Shown here in pieces: positions 52,838 to 64,000 of a DNA stretch of 64,000 bases. How positions within the stretch are numbered: position 1 is the first letter of the stretch; every line of letters starts with the position of its first letter. This DNA comes from Piromyces finnis finn (Eukaryota; Fungi; Neocallimastigomycota): positions 248,001 through 312,000 of the forward strand of contig MCFH01000035.1 of the NCBI GenBank assembly GCA_002104945.1. The letters are read 5' to 3'. The notes beneath the pieces are model-generated. The model searched no databases. It had not been told where the DNA came from and was given only the letters and a program-made list of their open reading frames with translations. Made by a program: the position numbers and the translations under genes.

Positions 52838-55800
52838 CTTTTTTTATATACTATTATATCAAGTAATATGTCTATTCAGTTGTTTTTATATATATATATA
52901 TATATAATGGATATGTATTGTTTTATTTCTATTTATATTTCACTTTGTTTTCCTTTTTATTATGATTTCAAATTTTGATGGATTAAAGAATATATAAAAT
53001 GATAATAACTAGAAAAACAAACCAAAAGAAATTAAAAAGAAAAATAATAATTTTATAATTTTTGTATTCTTTCAATTTTATTATTATTATATATTAAATT
53101 AATAAAAAAAAAGTTATTTAAATTATAATATATACAAAAATTATATATAATTTTATTTTTAAGTATAGTATTCTGTATATTAAATTATATTTTAATATAC
53201 ATACTATTGTATATTAATTTTTTTTTATTTTGATGAAAAGAAATTAAAAAAAAATAGCTAAAAATGGCATAATTTTAATTTCTTATACACATTTATACAC
53301 ATTTATATTTAATATATTTTATATATATTATAAAATATACAATCTAATAAATAAATAATATATTATGATTATAAATAATTAATTTATTATCCATAAAAGA
53401 TTTTTATTAAAAAATAGTAAAAAAATAATAATTTTAAAAAAGTAAAAATAATAAAATCTAATAGAACATCCTATAAAATGACTTTCTAAAATAAAAGAAA
53501 CTTTATTTCTACTATAAAAATTTTTAGTTTGATATTATTTAGCTGACTTTTTTACTATCTTATTATTTAAGCTTCGAAATTAAAGTTACCTAATGCCGCC
53601 TTTTTTTTTAAAAAAAAAATAAAATAAAAATATTATAATTTGGATGAAAATTTTATCTATAACAATAAATACTATACAAATTTTATTTGTGGCGTATTAT
53701 CGATTTAATATATTCAAGCCATATAATTTAGAAATAACTATCTTTACGTATTTAAATAATGTTTTACCTTTTTAGAAAAAAAAATACGGCTTATAAAACC
53801 TAAATTATTAATTGTTATATATATTTTATATATTATAAATCAATTATCATATATAATAAAATAAAAACCTTATTTAAATAGTCATATAATTTTATTAATT
53901 ATCAATTTATAAATAATAATCAAAGTAATCAATTCTATATAAAATTAGCTATTTTCTTATATTTTTAACCAATGATATTTGAGTATAATATGAAACTGAT
54001 AATTTTATTTATTAATGTTTACATTTAAATTAAATATTTACATATATTAAAGTTTTTATTAAATAATTATAATTAATGGAAAACGGAATATCTTTATATT
54101 GGTAAATATATTAGAATTTATTAATAATATATTGGTTATCTTATTGATAAAGTTTATTCAAACAAAATGTTATTAAATAAAATTTTTAAAATTTAATTAT
54201 AATTTAAATTATACAGAAAAAGATTTAAAAATATAAAATTTTAAAAAAAACAATTACATTCTGTTGTTTATTAGGATGGATTTTATTTGATTTTTTGGTG
54301 GTGAGATTTTTTTTTTTGGTATAATTTTACCATAAAAAAGGTAAAGAAGAATAGGAACTTTTTTAAACTTTTATATAAGAAGAAGAAAAGATCTTAAAAA
54401 AAAAAGCATTACCTTGAAGAAAAAAAGAAATGCTTTTATGAATAGAACTATAAATTTATTCATGTAATTCAATCTCTGCATCATATCTTTTTTATCAAAT
54501 TAATCTGCATCTTTTTTTTTTTAGCAGCAAAATGATTGTATATAAAGGAAGTTTTGAAATTCATATGCTGTTATTACTTGATTTTATTAATACATCATCA
54601 ATGAATGAATGACAAATAATACTATGATAAATGAATGTTTAACAGTAAATAAATATTATGAATATTCACATTTACTGTTAATCAAATATTACAATAATGA
54701 TTTTATAGTTGTATAGTTTTATAGAAAAAGAATTATCATTATAATAAATGTTTATAATAATAGTTTTATAAATAAATAATAAAAAAAAAAAAAAAAGTGC
54801 TTCAATTACATTTTACAATGAATTCCATAAATATATATATAAATACCTTGTACATTCTATTACCAATATTCAAAGGAAAACTGAATGAATCTCAAAAAAA
54901 ATGTATTATTGAAACTATATTATTATTAATTACTATAATAATAAAAACACATTATGCAATTACCCTAAAATAAACTTTTAAACATTACATAAAATGCATA
55001 AAAAAAAACTTCTCCAATTTATATATGTATGGAGTTGAGAATGAATGAATAAATGAATATTAAAAAAGTAAAGGATTCTTTTAATTGCAATAAATAAGTA
55101 AAAATGAAAAAAGTTAATAGCAAAGCACTTTGACCATTTTACCTTTTAAAAAAACTTTCATTTTAAAAGAGAAAAAAAACATTCAAATATAAAAATTAAT
55201 TTAAAATTTTTAATTTTAAAAATAAAAATAAATTAATAAATTTAATTTTAAAAGTTACACAAAACAATTTAAAAATTTTTACTTTTTTAAAAGACAGCTG
55301 CCTTTTCCATGTTAAAGGAATATACAAAATAAAAGTAATACCATGATGAAAGAAATATATAAAATATTTTCTTAACATAAAAATAATATAATTATTGGGA
55401 TAATAATATCATAAATGATGTTGTTATCAATTATTATAACTATTATGAATATTATTTCCTTTTAAAAAACTACACCCATTTAATTAATGTTAATGAAATT
55501 AGCATTAATTAAATGAAAAAAGGTCCTTTATCATATATCTATATATATTATTATTACATAATTTTCCTCTTTTTTTTTTTTATTTAATTATTTATTATTT
55601 TCAATTTTCAATTATATTAATGTCTACTATTTAGATATGTTGTTAGTATCATTTTTATGGTATTTTTATGTATATTAAAAAGTATTCAGTTAACAAAAAA
55701 CGTTTTTATTTGGATTTTATAATGTTTTATTATAATTATAATTATTACAATCTTGGTTTTTACCCTTTTTTTTTTGTTATATCAAAGTAATAAAACTTTT

Positions 55801-56132
55801 GATATAATATTATACAAATTATAAATATCTTTTATTTGGCTATGCTAGAAAGAAATAATAATTAGTTATTAATAATTATTATCATTATTATTATGTATTT
55901 ATTCTTTTTTTCTTAAAAAAAAAAAAGGTTATTACGTTTTTATTATTATTTATTTATTTATTATATTTATATAATTTTATTTATATTTATATTAAATAGT
56001 ATTCTTTCACAAAATAATAATAATGATTATGTACTACTATACATTCAATGGGAATAGGGTAGTAAAATATTAATGAAATTATAATTAATATTATTAAAAA
56101 AAAAAAAGCTTTTTTTTTTTTTTTTTTTTTTT

Positions 56133-56678
56133 TTACACTATTTGAAGATGACCATAAGCACATGCAATTTCTTGATGATCTGGTTCCCAGGCATAGGCAT
56201 CAGCATTATAGGTACCACGTGGAATATAAGAATAAACACTAGCTTCATAAGTGGCGTAAAGTTCCCCAGGTTTTAATGGGCAAGATACAAGTTCACATAA
56301 ATCTAGTTCATCTCTATAGATCAAAAGTGAACCATATTTGATAGAAATTTTAATACGACTACCAACTTCAATATCACGAAGTAAGAAACCATAAAGTTCT
56401 ATTTTTACATTACTACCACGCTTTGGTGGATCTGGATGAACAAGAATTTCATCAATAATTAATATGCTATCCGATGATGAACAAGAATACCATTCCACAT
56501 TTTTTTCAGTACTTATTTCATTATCATGACCACTACTTATTATCTTTTTTTGGACTCTTTTATTGTAGGTATTTTCAGTTGATAAATCATCTTTGCTAAT
56601 AACAATTTGATTGGATATACTACTATTAACAATAGTAAATAAGAATAATAAACTGGCAATAAAATAGAATAGTTTCAT
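56133..56678 (-). CDS. Secreted ML-domain (NPC2 / PG-PI transfer protein-like) lipid-binding protein
   Basis: Signal peptide, then WYSC, PDPPKRG, IKYG, LDLCELVSCPLKPG, IPRGTY, EIAC: the Cys spacing and motifs of the MD-2-related lipid-recognition fold. Confidence 0.9.
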   Translation of the reverse strand: MKLFYFIASLLFLFTIVNSSISNQIVISKDDLSTENTYNKRVQKKIISSGHDNEISTEKNVEWYSCSSSDSILIIDEILVHPDPPKRGSNVKIELYGFLLRDIEVGSRIKISIKYGSLLIYRDELDLCELVSCPLKPGELYATYEASVYSYIPRGTYNADAYAWEPDHQEIACAYGHLQIV

Positions 56679-57550
56679 TTTGATTAACTTAAATAAAAAA
56701 TAATTTATGAAATGTCAAAAACGTCGTTTTCTAAATAATCAAATTAAAAAAAAAAAAGGTTGGATTATATATTTATAGATTTACAAAGAATTTCGCATTA
56801 TTATTTTGAAAAATTGTTGTATCAGATAGATATTGTTGCTTTTCAAAGTCAATAATATCCTGAAATTAAAAAATACTTTGTTTTATATTTTATAATTGGC
56901 TTCAATTTCTTTTTACTATTAACAATTTTTTAATTTATTTCTATTGTTTAACGAATAGTAAAAAAGTTTTTCTTTTTCTATATTTCCTAAAAAAAAAAAA
57001 GTTTTTTTTTCTTATTAAAATTATTGTTATTTTTTTTATAGTTTTATTATTTTATCGTTTTTTTTTTTTTTATCTTTCTTTTTATTTATTTCTCATCATA
57101 TATATTATTTTTTTATTAATTAATTATTTTGAAAAATTATTAATCCTGTAACAGTAAGATTGTTTATATATGAGGAAAAAAAAAAAAAAAAAAGTTAGTA
57201 CCTAAATTACATTTTAGAATTTATATTTTATGAAAATAAAAAGTATTAAAATATAAATATATATTATTATATTTTTAAAAAAAAAAGTGTAAATGGTTTA
57301 AATGTATATACATTGTTTTTAAAATTTTATATTTAAAAATTCAATTTCTATTTCAAAACTAAGAATGAAAGTTCTTTTCAAATTCAATAAATATACCTCT
57401 ACTTTATCTATACAATACATTATCTTTTGATATTATTTATTATTATAATATTATTATAATATTACATTAACTATTATTATTTATTATTATTAGTAGTAGT
57501 AGTACATTGTTTATTTGGTATAAAAAAAAGTTTATCTTGTTATATTTATA

Positions 57551-57600
<50 letters not shown>

Positions 57601-58408
57601 AATATAAAAAAGTTTAACCTAGGGGAATTTTTTTTTTTTATAAATTATTTTCATTATCAAAAACTTTAAATAATACTAAATGATTATTAAAAAAAAAAAA
57701 ACGCAGATATAAAATTAAAAATAGGAATTATTAATATCAATATAATAAGAATAAAAATATGTGTATGTATATACAAAGTAATTATTATTATAAATAAATA
57801 AACGGTTCAAAATAACAAACAAACAAGCAATAAATTTTTTATTTTGAATAATATATTTATTTTTAACTTTATATTATTAAATTGGTTTGATATTATATCA
57901 TTACTGTAGTATTATAGTATATATATATAGAAAAAGAAGTAATAAATGTTATAAAATGTTTTACGTGTTTTTGAATAATTAAAGGTATTAATTATAAATA
58001 TAATAATAATGAAAACTATTCATTTCAATAAATGAATAAATAAATTAATGTATGTATGTTAGTATCGTAAAATATATAATTTCCTTTTTTTTTTTTTTTT
58101 CTCAATGTAAAAAAGAGTATAAAATATAAAATTTAGAATAGTATTTTTGATATAATTAATAAAAATATATAAAAATTATAGAGAGATCAAAAAAAAAAAA
58201 TTTTTTTTCTATTTCTATATAAATTACATAAAAGAAAAAATTAATATTTTTTTCATATCCAATTTCAAATCCAAAATTGTTTATTATCTTCCAAAAGATG
58301 ATATGAAAAAAAAAAAAATATTATTATTATTTTGAAATAAATAAAAAAAAAAAGTGAAATTTATATTAATATAATTATTAAAAGTTTAAAAATTGATATG
58401 AATTTGAA

Positions 58409-64000
<5,592 letters not shown>

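Noticed and set aside
54639-54681. 12-bp inverted repeat ttaacagtaaat / atttactgttaa
   Set aside because: Short and AT-rich, so expected by chance at this composition; no supporting context.

Overview
Very AT-rich eukaryotic DNA with GT-AG introns, long homopolymers and (AAT)n tracts. Composition and gene content point to an anaerobic gut fungus (Neocallimastigomycota); this is inference, not a database result. Genes in order: 5' part of an Xaa-Pro aminopeptidase P (-); ABCB/MDR full transporter (+); an orphan protein with an 18 x 33-bp acidic repeat (+); an intronless 2219-aa ankyrin-repeat protein (-); a MICAL-like flavin monooxygenase split by a ~400-aa charged helical insertion (-); tRNA m7G46 methyltransferase Trm8 with a 9-nt microexon (-); an Est1/SMG7-like protein (+); a short-tailed class I myosin that appears to lack the converter (+); a full-length 5.6-kb APE-RT non-LTR retrotransposon with poly(A) tail and 13-bp target-site duplication (-); a membrane-anchored RlpA/expansin-like DPBB protein (-); an ML/NPC2 lipid-binding protein (-); and the 3' part of a long multi-exon coiled-coil gene (-). 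A decayed 18S rRNA fragment and two hairpins lie between the first two genes. The best leads are the split MICAL-like oxygenase in a probable obligate anaerobe, the converter-less myosin I, and an unannotated structured island whose long hairpin re-forms only when the retrotransposon is removed. All exon boundaries and pairings were read by eye.
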